Shown here: piece after piece, positions 12,845-26,889 of the stretch | How the letters are laid out: every line of letters begins with the position of its first letter | How positions within the stretch are numbered: the stretch's first letter is position 1 | NCBI RefSeq assembly: GCF_001194135.2 | Contig: NC_068984.1 | Span: 72,995,671 to 73,041,318, forward strand | From: Octopus bimaculoides | Lineage: Eukaryota | Direction: 5' to 3' | DNA: 45,648 nucleotides | The notes under the pieces: generated by a model | Databases searched by the model: none | What the model saw: the letters and a program-made list of their open reading frames with translations, nothing else | What the model was told of the DNA's origin: nothing | Made by a program: the position numbers and the translations under genes

Positions 12845-12900
12845 ATATATATGTAGGCGGTTGAAAAGGAAAACATGAGTTGATATATATATATATATAT

Positions 12901-13045
12901 GGAAAAAAGTCAAGGTAGAAAATGCTAAAATAATTATATAAAAAACATTTCAGTAGCGGTTTCGGTCATTGAGACTTTTTCAACTGTAAGTATGGAAAAC
13001 AATTAAATTTAATTATTTTAGCATTTTCATCCTTGGCTTTTTTTT

Positions 13046-13047
<2 letters not shown>
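12901..13047. mobile_element. Short fold-back element (~36-bp inverted arms) between (TA)n tracts, with a decayed minus-strand hammerhead at 12951-12986
   Basis: ggaaaaaagtcaaggtagaaaatgctaaaataatta vs taattattttagcattttcatccttggctttttttcc. Internal reverse complement: cag-TTGAAAA-agtc-tcaat-gacc-GAAAC-cg-CTA-ctg. Confidence 0.7.
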
Positions 13048-13094
<47 letters not shown>

Positions 13095-13269
13095 ATAACC
13101 GGTAAAATACATTAGCATTTTAGTTAAATTTTACAGTAAAGGTTGGTAAAAATCTCATTAAGAAACATGATATATACGAAATACTACTATAGATGTCCAA
13201 TATGTGCTGTAGTAAATCAGTACTATTATTTTTAGTGAGGGAAACACCACTTATATTTGACTGACTTAT

Positions 13270-13488
13270 GTCGGTGAGCTGCAGAACCGTTTGCTAGCCG
13301 GACAAGACGCTTAGTGGCATTTCCTCAGTCCTCATGTTCTGATTTCAAATACCGCCGAGGTCGACTTTGCTTTCAATCCGTTCAGAGCTTTATAAATTAA
13401 GTACCAGTAAAGTCCTGGGGTCGGTGTATACTATTTAACCCCTTCCCCGAAATTGATGGCCTTGTGTCAAAATCTGAAAACAATATTA
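13270..13488 (+). mobile_element. tRNA-related SINE with a conserved central domain (Deu/Nin-like by recollection)
   Basis: Head gtcggtgagctgcagaaccg..., B-box-like gatttcaaatacc, centre gaggtcgactttgctttcaatcc...aaattaagtaccag, tail ggccttgtgtcaaaat; second copy at 14193-14417. Confidence 0.75.
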
Positions 13489-14192
13489 TCTCTACAGATT
13501 TTGGAAAATTTACAAAATTAATATTTTTCAAGAATATCTCGCAGATTTGATTGCAGGAAGACCCAATTTTCTTCGGGGCTGATGTAAACAAATATTTCAA
13601 TCAAAACTATGACGACTTAACACCCACTGAAAATTATTCATAAAACATTTGGGGTTATTGAATTACCCGCACATCGAAACATATACATAAATGCATACGT
13701 TTGTATACCCACTAATGCTAATATTGTTTTATCATGCGTAAGCACATCACTTCTGTTTTTGACGGGAAGCGGGTAGTCAGTTATATTGCTCCAAATAATA
13801 AATAGGTAATCTATTTATAAGAAATGTATAATTGCCCATGGCGGATTGGAAGCGCTAGGAATAAAAAGTAGCTACTTCTGAATGAAAAAAATATATCACA
13901 AAAACAATTACGAGCTTAGAGAGTAGACATTTAGCATTAATCTTAGTATTGTTTCCTTCTGAGTTTTTCTGCCAATCTTTACAATAAATTTTATATATTT
14001 TTAAAATATTCCTTTACATTTTTTATGTATTTTAGCTATTGTAATTAATGAGATTTCAGCTTAAGAAGACAAATCATACAACAATTGTAATTGAGCTATT
14101 GATCAAGTGTTAAAGATACAGAAATATTTTACTTATGTAACAATAGATATTTTGACATAACTCGTATAATTCACTACAAAATTTTCCTGGTA

Positions 14193-14417
14193 AATATTCG
14201 TTTCAAATTTTGGCACAAGGACAGCAATTTCGAGCGATGGGGCAAGTCGATTACATTGACACTAATGATTAGCAAGTACGTATTTTATCGACTGGAAAGG
14301 GATGAACGAGAAAAGTCTACCTCGGCGGAATTAGATTGCAGAGCTTACAGACGGGTAATATGTCTCCAAGCATTTCGCCCGCTGCACTAACGATTCTCAT
14401 TCTCCTAGCTCGCTGCC
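14193..14417 (-). mobile_element. SINE, same family as 13270-13488, opposite orientation
   Basis: Reverse complement reads ggcagcgagctagg...atcgttagtgcagcgggcgaaatgctt...ccgccgaggtagacttttctcgttcatcc...ccttgtgccaaaatttgaaacgaatatt. Confidence 0.75.
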
Positions 14418-15062
14418 TGATAATATTCCTACTAAATATTGCATGTAGTACGATGATCGTTCTCACTGAGAGCAAAATTAAGTCTCTAAAGAATAGTTGA
14501 CGACAGCAGTCTTCCTCTAGATTGATTAATGACACCTCAAATAATAATTCGGTAAAAATATAAACACCTATTGAGGGTAATGTCCGAAAATGAAATATTT
14601 TCATAATTTATGCAAGCTCGTCAATCAAATTGTTTCTCAGATCCTTTTGTGTATTTTTATGTAATTGTAGCTAGCTTCAATCGCACTCTTCCACAATCCT
14701 TGCTGTCATCTGTAATTGCTGTATTTGGCACAAAAAGTAATCTTTATTTTCACGCTACATGTCATCCTGCTAATCTTTATTTTCATGCTACATGTTACCC
14801 TATTAATCTAGTGGAGTATTTTCTTAAAGCCCTATACTACCGCATTTTCTTTGCGCGTATGCTATCATGAGAGGAGACTGGAATCCTCATAAATCGAAAT
14901 AGGTGATTGTGTGCATGTACAGTCAATTAAGATATTAAAGGTATTTTATTAAATTTGTTTCATTTTTTCCAAGCGTCCTCACCCTCGATGAAAGTACCAT
15001 ATAACCTCATGTATGCACATAGATATACAGAAATTGTCTTTGATTAATTTGATACACACACA

Positions 15063-15120
<58 letters not shown>

Positions 15121-16228
15121 ACTGATGCTCGTATAATATACATATGTGTGGGGGTACGCAGTTTTGTGTGTGTGTGTGTATTGCACTATATTTTTTTATC
15201 GCCAGCTTTTATCAAGACTATCAATCAAAAAATTTACCAAAGTACAAGACGTCTGACAATAAACGGATCTTCGTAATTTAATGAGCAACTGTATGTAATA
15301 AGTACGCGGAGTGAAATTTTTACTCTAATATTTCTCAAATGGGTTCCCCGTTACACCTTTTGAAGGAAAATTATAGTCGATTTAATAGATGATGCCAACA
15401 CACCTCTGATAATATTCGAACACATATGGACATTTTGTTCGTCTCTCTGATGATTTCATTGCGCATATTTCTTAAAAATCAGAATTTGAACGAAATATAT
15501 ATAAAACTTCTAAGTGCACGCACGCACGCGCGCGCGCGCGCGAAATTATGTGACACGTATTGAAAAAATGACTATAGTTCAATTTAAATATTTTTATCAG
15601 AGTCTGAAATGCAAAGATTATAAACAATTTATTAGATAATATTAAATTACAACAAGCTATGCCTTGAATATAGCCATCGCAGTGAAATAACAACTATAAG
15701 AAACGGAAGAAATTTCGGTATTATATTTTCCTGCTTTTAAACACGATTTCTTTCTGAGCAAATACTGATATATCTCTTCATTACAATCGTTGTTGTTAAT
15801 AAAAATATCACTTAATGAAAGACATATGACACAAATAGTTTGTGTTTTGTAGTCCTGATTTTTTAAAAGACCTTACACAGTGTCAATCCTATTCATTTAA
15901 CAATGTATGAATTTACCCCCAAAAGAAGTAATCTACAAAAATGGATACAAACGAAGTCACAGCTGTTACACTAGATTTATTTTACTCCAAAAGAGAGATC
16001 TAAAATATGGCTGGGAACCCTCACTCCTAGATGTTGCATGATCGTTCACTCGTCAAAGTCCATCCATTCTTTGATGGGCGTTGTCGTTTGTGCTTTCTGT
16101 AAACTGTCGCATAACAATCAGCATCCTTGTCAAGTAGGATACTTAACATTCAATCGTTAAAAGTCCGAGCATGCGTGTGTTTGTGTGTGTGTGAATATAT
16201 GTATGTATATGTATGTATACATATGTAC

Positions 16229-16274
<46 letters not shown>

Positions 16275-17767
16275 CACACGTACATACTCGCAGATATGTG
16301 TGAGCGTGTACATTTAAAATCTGATGAAGCATAAATTTACATTATAATCAAAATAACTGCGCCAAGTTGTAATGCTATATAATGCCATCGATTCCTTTTA
16401 TAACTATTATTATGAAAAAAGAAAAAAGTAATCCGTGCATAAGTGTATTTATCTATTTGATTATTTACTAACATATTGTATATATTTGTTGCGAATGCAT
16501 TATTATCTGACTTTGTTTTATTGCTGAAGTCAATACACACTTACGTTAGACTGTAGATGTTTCTCGAGACGTTGACATGTTTAAACTAACAACCCGATTA
16601 TTGTATTTCCTCTTTTATAATTTATTGATACCAAATATATATACACACATATATATGCGCTTGCACACACATGCTTGCGTATACTGTCACATGAAAACAA
16701 AACTTTTTCAGTGTATTTACAAACATTATAACGTATCATTGATGATTTGGAGCTGCTTTTCATGATAATGCCAAGTTTTATATTTATTCCGTCCCATTAG
16801 GCGCTAAATGTGATTATTTAAAGACGCTGGGGTTATTTACGTTCTCTCAAATATGATGAATTACAAGTAACATGGTAGTTGAATGTTTCTGAAATAATGG
16901 AAATATGTAATTTAAATAGATTAAATCAATACTGACTGTGCTTGTACATGTTTTAAGATTTATCATAATATTTTTAGCTTCCAAAATGTTATGTTTATAT
17001 GTAATTTACTGAAAACTAAGTATGATCATGATATGACCGTAATTACAGAACAATATTCATGAGGTTGTAAGTAAATTCTTGCAAATTTAAACAATTTGCT
17101 ATGGTGTTCATTGCATTTTCAGCGTATTTGAATGGGATGCGTAAATTAGGTGTGTGGCCAAATATTATGTTATACACGGACACACGCACACATGTACAGA
17201 TATATGAACGTCTTTCTGTTTGTATGTATGTATGGCAACTTTTGTTAAAGCTGACATGCTTTGAGGAGCGAGCTGAAGAGAAAACTTAAGTAAATTTAGC
17301 TAAGTTACTTTAGCTAAGTTACTTGCCTTATCTTGAGAGCTTGCAAGCCACATGTCTAATTCGCTCACTGTTCTAGAATAGGAACGTCCTTGCACTCATC
17401 TACTAATTAAATCATAGTGCATTAAAATAAATTTCAATCTGGATGCTCGGCGCAGGAATCAGTATACGTATGTACAGCTACAAGATGGCTACAAGTGGTA
17501 AAGGGTAGAAGAGAAATGTCTCTATTCCACTTGTTTTCTCAAAATCTGTGATACTCATTCACGCAGTTAACTGCTGATATATAGCGGGGGCGTGATTGAT
17601 TTCGAGTTCCACATCCATGAATGCTAACATCATGCTGGATTATGCTAAAAAGGTCCCAATTGTTGGAAGTACATAGTAACACCGAGGAACTAATTCCAAA
17701 GCTGTAAAATATCTTGATAAGAAACACATGATATGAAATAATCATGTATTATTTACAACAATCTCAC

Positions 17768-17900
17768 ATATACAGGGTGCGTCAGATTTTTGAGGAAAAT
17801 CATACGCACAAGAACTTTGCTTTATAGATTTTAGTGAGTTGGAAAAAAACAAACATCTCCTAATTTGGCGTGTTTTGATCATCGAATATTGTGTTACCCT
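17768..17900 (+). mobile_element. Possible Tc1/mariner terminal fragment
   Basis: Only the TA-CAGGGTG terminal motif; no partner TIR found. Confidence 0.2.
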
Positions 17901-19375
17901 CGTCACTATTAATAAGCTAAACTTTTTTCTTTATAATTTATAAACCCTGCTATTGACAGAGACGTTGGATCAGAAGGTACAACAATTTGCCAAAAAGATG
18001 GAGTTATGTTATTAAATAATGAAAGGGAAAATATATTATATATCAATTAAGAACAAAGTAATATTTGCTTCTAGTATATAATAAAACGCTACAGGACTTA
18101 GTTTCCAAACTATTATTATAATATCCTGATAACTATATCAAATTAACCAAGCCCAGTATAACAATGTCTCTACAAAAGCAGGATTCCAGGCCATTCCATT
18201 TCCTGCTTAGTGAATTTAAATTGCTATTTATTTATTTTTCCACTATTCTCTTCGAAGTTATGATCATTAGCATTAACGTATCTGTTTGCATGTACATATC
18301 CATCCATCTATCCATACACATACATACACACACATACACACACGCATATATACATATATACAGATTATGCACACACGCTGATATATACATAAAATAAATA
18401 CAAACGTTCTTATGTAGCGTTTGATATTTACTACCTTAAAGAAGTTAAAATTGAACTAAACGTTGTTTCACATGCAGATGCACTCTCCGATTAATTAAGC
18501 TTGGTTATATACGAGTGATAAATATGCGAATATTCATGATTAATCCCGGGAAATATTGTAAAGTTACTTAGTTATTTTCCCATGATAAGTCGGAACATAT
18601 AGTAAGTTTTTGCTTCGATTGTGAGATCTGATAAGACTAAAATGTGTCCAGTTGATTTTGCTGTACATGGCTAAAAGACAAAAATTATATTAGAAAATAT
18701 AGTTAGACAGTTATTTTCTGTACTCCATAACTATTACTAATTAAATATTTAATGAATATTTACTATCAACATATTTACTCTAAATATTTTTCATATATAT
18801 CTCGACTATATTGTGTGTTAAATCAATATTGCCTATTATATTTCATTTTGGTGTGAAATATTAACCGATAATGTATTTGTAATTACTTTGTGAAAATTTA
18901 ATACAGGCATTCATGCACATATCAATAAAAACAAAATACCAAGGAGATATAACATGCGCGAACACAGTAGCACATACTCACACATATATATATATGCATT
19001 CCTGTCTCTCTCCACTTTTCTTTATATATATATGTGCATTACAATGTGTGTTTCTATGCATATATGAATATATGTGCATCACTGATATCTCGTGTATCAA
19101 TGAATATCCTTTGGGCCAATGGCAGCTGAATCGATATTATACGCCTCTTGTTTTTCCCAAATATGTATACACATATATAAACACATATATGTACACCTAC
19201 ATATGTTTGCATATATATGTCTATGCATATGTATATAGATGTGACTGTATGCGTATGGACGAATAATGTAGAGAATATGTTGTGCATTGAGAACTAATAA
19301 ATGTTACACACAAGCGCATATATGCGTCTCCATACGGTAAAAACATATACATATATATATATATATACATATATA

Positions 19376-19406
<31 letters not shown>

Positions 19407-21609
19407 AAGTATATATGTTTTATTTACATAATTATATGTGTTGGTGTATGTTTGCACCGATATCCACGTATATTTATCTATGTGCCTATCTCAAAATATA
19501 TGTCCAAATTTAATGATTACGTAGATCTTTTTCTTCTAATTTTCAACTTTCATTCTAGATTCCAACTATATTTGTTCGTGAAAGATGATGCCCATATATT
19601 ATCCAAGGTCATAACATTCACCATTACCTATTTTCTCACTGAATATCGATTAAACTCCATCTAAAGTAATAATTATAGATCGAAAACCTAACTGCGTTTC
19701 AACGTTTGTCCTGATAAAACTTATTTTATACTTAACGGTTTTAGACATGTTAGTTAATTATGCTTAATTTACAGAGTTTCATGTGCATTGAGGAGCACGA
19801 AATTGGAGGCGCTTGTATATCATTTAAATTATATTGTAAATTTCATATTTGTTTAGTTGGTTTATGGTATACTGTAGCCGGAATAATTTTTACACTAATT
19901 GACTAATTTTCTGAGTTTCATGTTTTTTAATAAGTGATATTATTAATCACGCAAAAATATTCGGAATTTATGCATATTAACATTTTTATGTTTTTAAATT
20001 TCATTGTGATCTATGATCCTTGAAATAGTGTATAAATATTGATCACATTTATGGGGAAAAGAAAACGTGATACATGTTGCAAAAATATGTAAATGATATA
20101 TATATATATATATANNNNNNNNNNNNNNNNNNNNNNNNNNNNNNNNNNNNNNNNNNNNNNNNNNNNNNTATATATATGTGTGTATATATAAATACAGAGG
20201 CACACGCACGTAAGCATTCATACACACATACGTACATAATACACACACGTTTATGGTAACGAAGAGGAGAAAGAGTATTTTATACTGTGTTAGGAGGCAA
20301 TAAAAAATGTAATTCGTTAACAAGAACCAGTTTGTAAAGAAATTGTTATATAACATTTCTATTTGTATTCTTGAGCTGTTAAGGATATTTGTGTAACATT
20401 GCTGACCAATATCTTTGATGTCGAATAAATGATATTTTCTCATTGGTTAAAATTATGAAATATTTAAGAATATTTTATACGTAAAGAAATGGGCACAAGG
20501 AGGGAGAGAGTGAGAGAAAGAGAGAGAGATAGAGAGAGTTAAGTGACACTGACATTGCAACCGCCTATTCTGCACTCTCTTGTGCATCTAGAGACAATTA
20601 TTGATATGATTTCTAAGACGTCTATCGGTATCAGATCTTATAACATACCATGTTACATGACGAATATCGCAAGAAATAGAATTATATTCACATTTTATTT
20701 CCCATGTGCCCCATTTCTATCACATTTATAGGAAATGTAAAACGTGATCGATGTTTTTTCACTCCACTTCGTTTGAGGAATTCCAAAGGAATATAAATCA
20801 GTAAATTTAAGGTAACGAATATGGCATATGAACGATGAGTACACAAACTTGATGTGGCATATGAACGACGGGTACACAATCCTCTACCAAACTAATTCCT
20901 ATTTAACTACGCGAATAGACATGGAGTACAAACATTACAAAAAAAAATGAGGGCAAAGATCATGGTAATTCAGGTCCTACAGCTGTTTCTGGGGATCGAA
21001 ATTGCGTAATAATTGTAACATTGGGAGATGCAGTGTCTAAAATGTCTAGGATGTGCAACCAGTAGTAAATGCACAACTATTACCGTAAATGCGGCTCTGA
21101 TCGTCAGATTAACAATTAGCAGTTCAGATCATGACGCGATATAATTTGTACATTTGTATTCAGTAATGCACGTATGAATGAATGTGTGTGAGTGTATGCA
21201 TATGTATACGTCTGTATGTGAGTTTGTGAAGTTCTGTGCAACCTTGCAAGTTGTAAAGATATACAAGCGTTTGAGAAACCCAAAACAAGAATAAATTAGG
21301 GGAATGTTTGTGATCCGTAATCACTGATAGTGCCGTTAAATTTGATGCTTGGAATCATTAATAAAATACTTTTGGCATAATGAACATATTTTGCTGCCAA
21401 CGCAATGGCAATTACTGCCATAGATACATTATCAAAACTTGTGACATCAGTGAGAAGAAGCTGATTACAGAAAAGCATCCGGTTCTTACTGTTTCCCTAA
21501 AATCGAGACACAAAGCTGAAATCAGAATGGTAAAAGATGTATCAAAATGTCATATGCTTGCCTGTCCAAATGTTAACCGATGATTTTTATCTATTAATGT
21601 TTCCGTCAA

Positions 21610-22040
21610 TAGATTGTAACCATGCTGAGGCACTGCTTGGAAGAATGTTTAATCGAATGAATCGACCCCAGTAATTATGTTTTTTTTTAACGCTGGTATT
21701 TATTCTAACGGTGTCTGTTACCAAACTGCTAACTTACGGGTATATAAACACACCAACAAGGGTTGTCATACGGTAGTAGGGACAAACACACACCACACTC
21801 ACATACACAATCACACGCACAAACGCATCACACATACACACGCGCCCACACGCACAGACGCATGACGCACACGCACACATATATGTCGAGCTTGTTTCAG
21901 TTTCCGTGTACCATATCCACTCACAAGGCTTCGGTCAATCCGAGACGATAGTAGAAGTCACTTGCCCAAGTTTTCAGAGAATTGGAGTGAACGCAGAACC
22001 ATGTGGTTGGGAAGCAGACTTTTTACCTTCCAGCCACATC
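21610..22040 (-). mobile_element. SINE: tRNA-like head, CORE-like block, internal (TG)n tract and family tail
   Basis: Reverse complement head gtggctggaaggtaaaaagtctgcttcccaaccacatggttc, core acttgggcaagtgacttct, then a GT-rich linker and a tail shared with 2745-2910 and 24355-24570. Confidence 0.7.
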
Positions 22041-23146
22041 TGTCTGGAAAGCCACATTTTTTCTGCAGTTATGCGTGAAAACGTTTGTCAATGTCAGCAA
22101 AAATACTGTAAAGCAACAAGAAATAATTGTGTGAGAATGTCCTATAAATATATTTTATATCTTAACTCATGCTAATTGAATTCGTTGACATTATCAAGTC
22201 TTTGGCAGAAGTCATTAAAGAGGAGTTTTGGTTCTAGAACTCCATCAAAATACGGGGTTGGCTTCAATAAGGCTTACCGTGTGGTGTACTGATTTTTAAG
22301 CATGTCTATCCTACATTTATTGCTTTCTAGAGCCATTGTATACATTAAGGACTACCTTTAAAGAAAATGGTCTTGTATGATTTAAGAAATATTGCAATAC
22401 TTCCGTGTTGTTGCTGCCTGTCCTCAAAGTTTTCAGGTGTCGCATATTTAGTATTACGTTGTTTTGCCTCATTTTTATAGAAAAAAAAAGAAAAATCGGT
22501 ATAAATATTAAGGGACATGGTCAGAAAAAAAACACTTAATGAAAATTTCACTGCTAACGCAGTTGTCTCGCTAGTTTGGTTTAATGCATACTTTATCCTT
22601 GTTATATGTAGGAAGGGAATCTTTAAAGAAATGTACATTTAGTCTAGAGTAGGTTGAGATAAATAATTCTGATGAAGAAAGAGTAAATATCATATTTGCT
22701 GTTGTTGCTGCTACTGCTGCTGCTGCTACTGCTGCTGCTGCTGTATCATAGCACTCCCGCATTCTTCTTCTTCTTTTTCTTCTTCTTCTTCTCATCGTGT
22801 TTATTATTTAATTACATCTCTTTGTAGAGCTATAATTTACTGACAAGTTGGTAAGATATGATATTGACTGATAGTATTTCGATTGGTTTTCTTTGGTTTA
22901 ACCAAATCAACATTCTCTCTTGATGCATCATCTATTCAATAAATAATGAATTCACCTTTGATTATTTAGACTGGTACCAAAAATTCTTAGGGAAGATGAA
23001 ATGGACTGAATGAAAGAATCCTCAACAAAATTTGTTTGCGTGATATGTCTCGTTGGCCTTTTGAGACATGATTTAATGACCTTAGTGGGAACACTTGCAT
23101 GTGCAAACTTTTGATATGTAGAGCCTTAATATATGTACTAACTTAC

Positions 23147-23231
<85 letters not shown>

Positions 23232-23901
23232 CATGTACATACAAGCATATATATGTATGTATACATATAAAAATATATTTAGTTTTATATAGTTCAATAT
23301 TAAAAGGCCGTGGAGACTAACCTTTGAAAGTTGCATGCATGGAACATTGCCAAGTGATTTAAAGAATAGATGTATGTACATAATATCCTAAACGATTGCC
23401 ATTGCATTTCTTTGACGTATATCTATTTTAAGTAGAACTCTGCACCCTTGCATTTCATAAATCAATATTTACCTGGAAATATGATATGAAAGGTATTTAG
23501 TTTGTATAGAATACATCGTATGAATATAAGTTTAACCTATTTCATATTTTGTAATATATCTTCCGTCTCGAAATTGTTGTTCACAAGTTCAGTTTAATTT
23601 CGATTAGAATGCATACTACACTAGAATTTGAGATGATACAGATATTATGCCCATGATAAAATCTCTAAAATTTTGTTATCATTTCTACTAAGTTGCGAAT
23701 TTCAGCTTATTCAGGACTTTTCCACAATTCATTCAGTTAGTAATCCCACTTGCCTAAACACCCTGTGCTATGTGTATATGAAAAGAGAATATTGGATCGG
23801 TTTTGTTGCTGTATCGTTCTAGCATGGCTCAACCCGTGATTTTATGACATCCGAAAGGAATAAGTAATCAGAAACTTAAGGCATCCCATCGTATATATAT
23901 A

Positions 23902-23956
<55 letters not shown>

Positions 23957-23959
<3 letters not shown>

Positions 23960-24280
23960 GGAGCACTACATCGGTTACGATGACGAGGGTCCCCAGCCGA
24001 TACGATCAACGGAACAGCTAGCTCGTGAAATTAACGTGCAAGTGGCTGAGCAATCCACAGACACGTGTACCCTTAATGTAGTTTTCAGGGAGACTCAGAG
24101 TGACATAGTGTGACAAGGCCGGCCCTTTGTCATGCAGGTCCATCTCATTTTTGCCAGCTGAGTGGACTGGAGCAACGTGAAATAAAGTGTCTTGCTCAAG
24201 GACACAACGCGTAGCCGGGAATCGAACTCACGACTTTATGATCGTGAACCGAATGCCCTAACCACTAAGCCACGCGCCTT
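23957..24280 (-). mobile_element. tRNA-derived CORE-SINE (OR-type octopus SINE by recollection)
   Basis: Reverse complement has A box TGGCTTAGTGG and B box GTTCGATTCC; core tgtgtccttgagcaagacacttt...ctcagctggcaaaaatgag resembles the MIR CORE; ~170-bp tail shared with the 28461 SINE. Confidence 0.85.
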
Positions 24281-24354
24281 CACACACACATATATATATA
24301 CGCACATATATATATATATATATATGTATTATATATGTATGTGTGTGTTTGTGT

Positions 24355-24570
24355 GTGTGTCTTTCTGCAAGCGTTTATCACCATCACCGTCTTACAAACG
24401 GTGTTGGTTTGTTTAAGTCTTCGTAACCTAGCGGCACGACTAAAGTGACGACAAAAGAAGTATCAGGCTCTAAGACTCAATTAATAGAGTCGATTTCCTT
24501 GACTAAACCCTTTAAGGCGGTTTTTCAGGTTGGACGCAGTTTAATGAATGAACAAGTAAAAGAATTTTTA
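24355..24570 (+). mobile_element. SINE 3' half (family of 21610-22040)
   Basis: acaaacggtgttggtttgtttaagtcttcgtaacctagcgg...gtcgatttccttgactaaaccctttaaggcgg... is the reverse complement of the 2745-2910 pattern. Confidence 0.65.
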
Positions 24571-25925
24571 AAAAAAGAATTAAAATCAAACCGGTACTAT
24601 CTTTGTGTCTTCGTCATGCAACGCACTCATGCAATGTAAAAAGTAGTACTTGTAATGAATGTATGGGTATGTGTATGTGTGTGCCTATATTTTTGTGTAT
24701 GTGTGTGCGTATGTGTTTGAGTGATTATGTGAATGAGTCTCTAGTCAACTGATCATGCGCTGACAAAATCTCTGTTGAAAGAAATTCGAGCGGGTAATTT
24801 GGTTGAAAATAAAGAACATTTTTCTGTTTTATAAATGCGTGAAATTGAAAGGAAAACATCAATAAAATTAATTGATTAAAAGCGTTTATTCGATATAACC
24901 AATATCATAAAGCAACATTTGAAATGAGTGATAGTTTAAGGGAAACCAAAATAAAGATGCAAAAATGTATATTATTAGAGAAAAGATAATATCTGACGTA
25001 GTCACAAGAACAAACAAAACTAAACAAAAATACTATCAACGAAAAATACATCAGCAAGAAAATAAAATATAGGCACAAAAATATCCTAGATAAATACAGT
25101 TAAAAATTATTACATCCTATTTGTTGTCTAGCTTGTGTAATTTTGTTCGTCGGATTTTGCTAATGGGTTTTAATTCCTCTAAATTGAGGCAAACACTGGA
25201 TAATTTATTTCATCATATGCACAAGCAGAAACGCGACAGACTTCTCTTTCTTTATAACTCATGTTATAAAATGATCTCTTTCTTTTGTCTCTTGATATCT
25301 CAATCAGAGTAGGTTTTACTCTCTGTCATCTTTCACTGACTTTGTTCTCTGCTTCGTTTCATTTAAGTCAAGTAGGAAAACGAACTATATAGAGGAGAAC
25401 AGAATTTTATTAATATATTAATCCGAGGACACCTTGTCGCAAACACATTAGAGTTCTAATACAAAGGAATAAATTGACGAAAGAAATTTATCATTAGATG
25501 TCTTTATCTGAAGAACAAAATAATCTTATTTAACAGAACAGCAATGGCAACAATAGAGATATGAGTTCATTGAAGGAGAACAGCAGCCATGTGCAGGAAA
25601 AAAAATGAAAAGGAATTAGTGGAGAAAGTTTATTTGTCGGAATGTGTGAGAAAGGAAATAAATATGAAATAGCCTAATAAAACGAGAATATTTTATCAGA
25701 ATACAATGACCATTAAATAAATATAAATCAACATATTATTTGTTAGTCAACGGATATTTTTGGGATTTAACTGAAATTCTAAATCTTGCATAAATATATT
25801 TAACTCAGAAAAAAAATGATATATCACATAAGGAAAATACTAGCAATAAAAATAGTGATTCCTCAATTTATTATAGCTAAAAATATAAAAATGAGTTCAT
25901 ATCTTTATATACACATATCCAAATA

Positions 25926-25957
<32 letters not shown>

Positions 25958-26704
25958 NNNNNNNNNNNNNNNNNNNNNNNNNNNNNNNNNNNNNNNNNNN
26001 NNNNNNNNNNNNNNNNNNNNNNNNNNNNNNNNNNNNNNNNNNNNNNNNNNNNNNNNNNNNNNNNNNNNNNNNNNNNNNNNNNNNNNNNNNNNNNNNNNNN
26101 NNNNNNNNNNNNNNNNNNNNNNNNNNNNNNNNNNNNNNNNNNNNNNNNNNNNNNNNNNNNNNNNNNNNNNNNNNNNNNNNNNNNNNNNNNNNNNNNNNNN
26201 NNNNNNNNNNNNNNNNNNNNNNNNNNNNNNNNNNNNNNNNNNNNNNNNNNNNNNNNNNNNNNNNNNNNNNNNNNNNNNNNNNNNNNNNNNNNNNNNNNNN
26301 NNNNNNNNNNNNNNNNNNNNNNNNNNNNNNNNNNNNNNNNNNNNNNNNNNNNNNNNNNNNNNNNNNNNNNNNNNNNNNNNNNNNNNNNNNNNNNNNNNNN
26401 NNNNNNNNNNNNNNNNNNNNNNNNNNNNNNNNNNNNNNNNNNNNNNNNNNNNNNNNNNNNNNNNNNNNNNNNNNNNNNNNNNNNNNNNNNNNNNNNNNNN
26501 NNNNNNNNNNNNNNNNNNNNNNNNNNNNNNNNNNNNNNNNNNNNNNNNNNNNNNNNNNNNNNNNNNNNNNNNNNNNNNNNNNNNNNNNNNNNNNNNNNNN
26601 NNNNNNNNNNNNNNNNNNNNNNNNNNNNNNNNNNNNNNNNNNNNNNNNNNNNNNNNNNNNNNNATATATATATACGTAACTACACATACACATTCATACA
26701 TACA

Positions 26705-26738
<34 letters not shown>

Positions 26739-26854
26739 CATGCATACACACACACACATCTTTACATGCATACATTTACATAGATAAATGTCACTTTATC
26801 TATTACACTATATGAATTTGATCGTGCATGTATCTGTATCTATCTATCTATTTA

Positions 26855-26883
<29 letters not shown>

Positions 26884-26889
<6 letters not shown>

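Noticed and set aside
17295-17322. 14-bp tandem duplicate tttagctaagttac
   Set aside because: Trivial local slippage.
22571-22795. ORF with poly-Arg and poly-Ala
   Set aside because: Adjacent (TTC)n and (CTG)n trinucleotide repeats; no splice or homology support.
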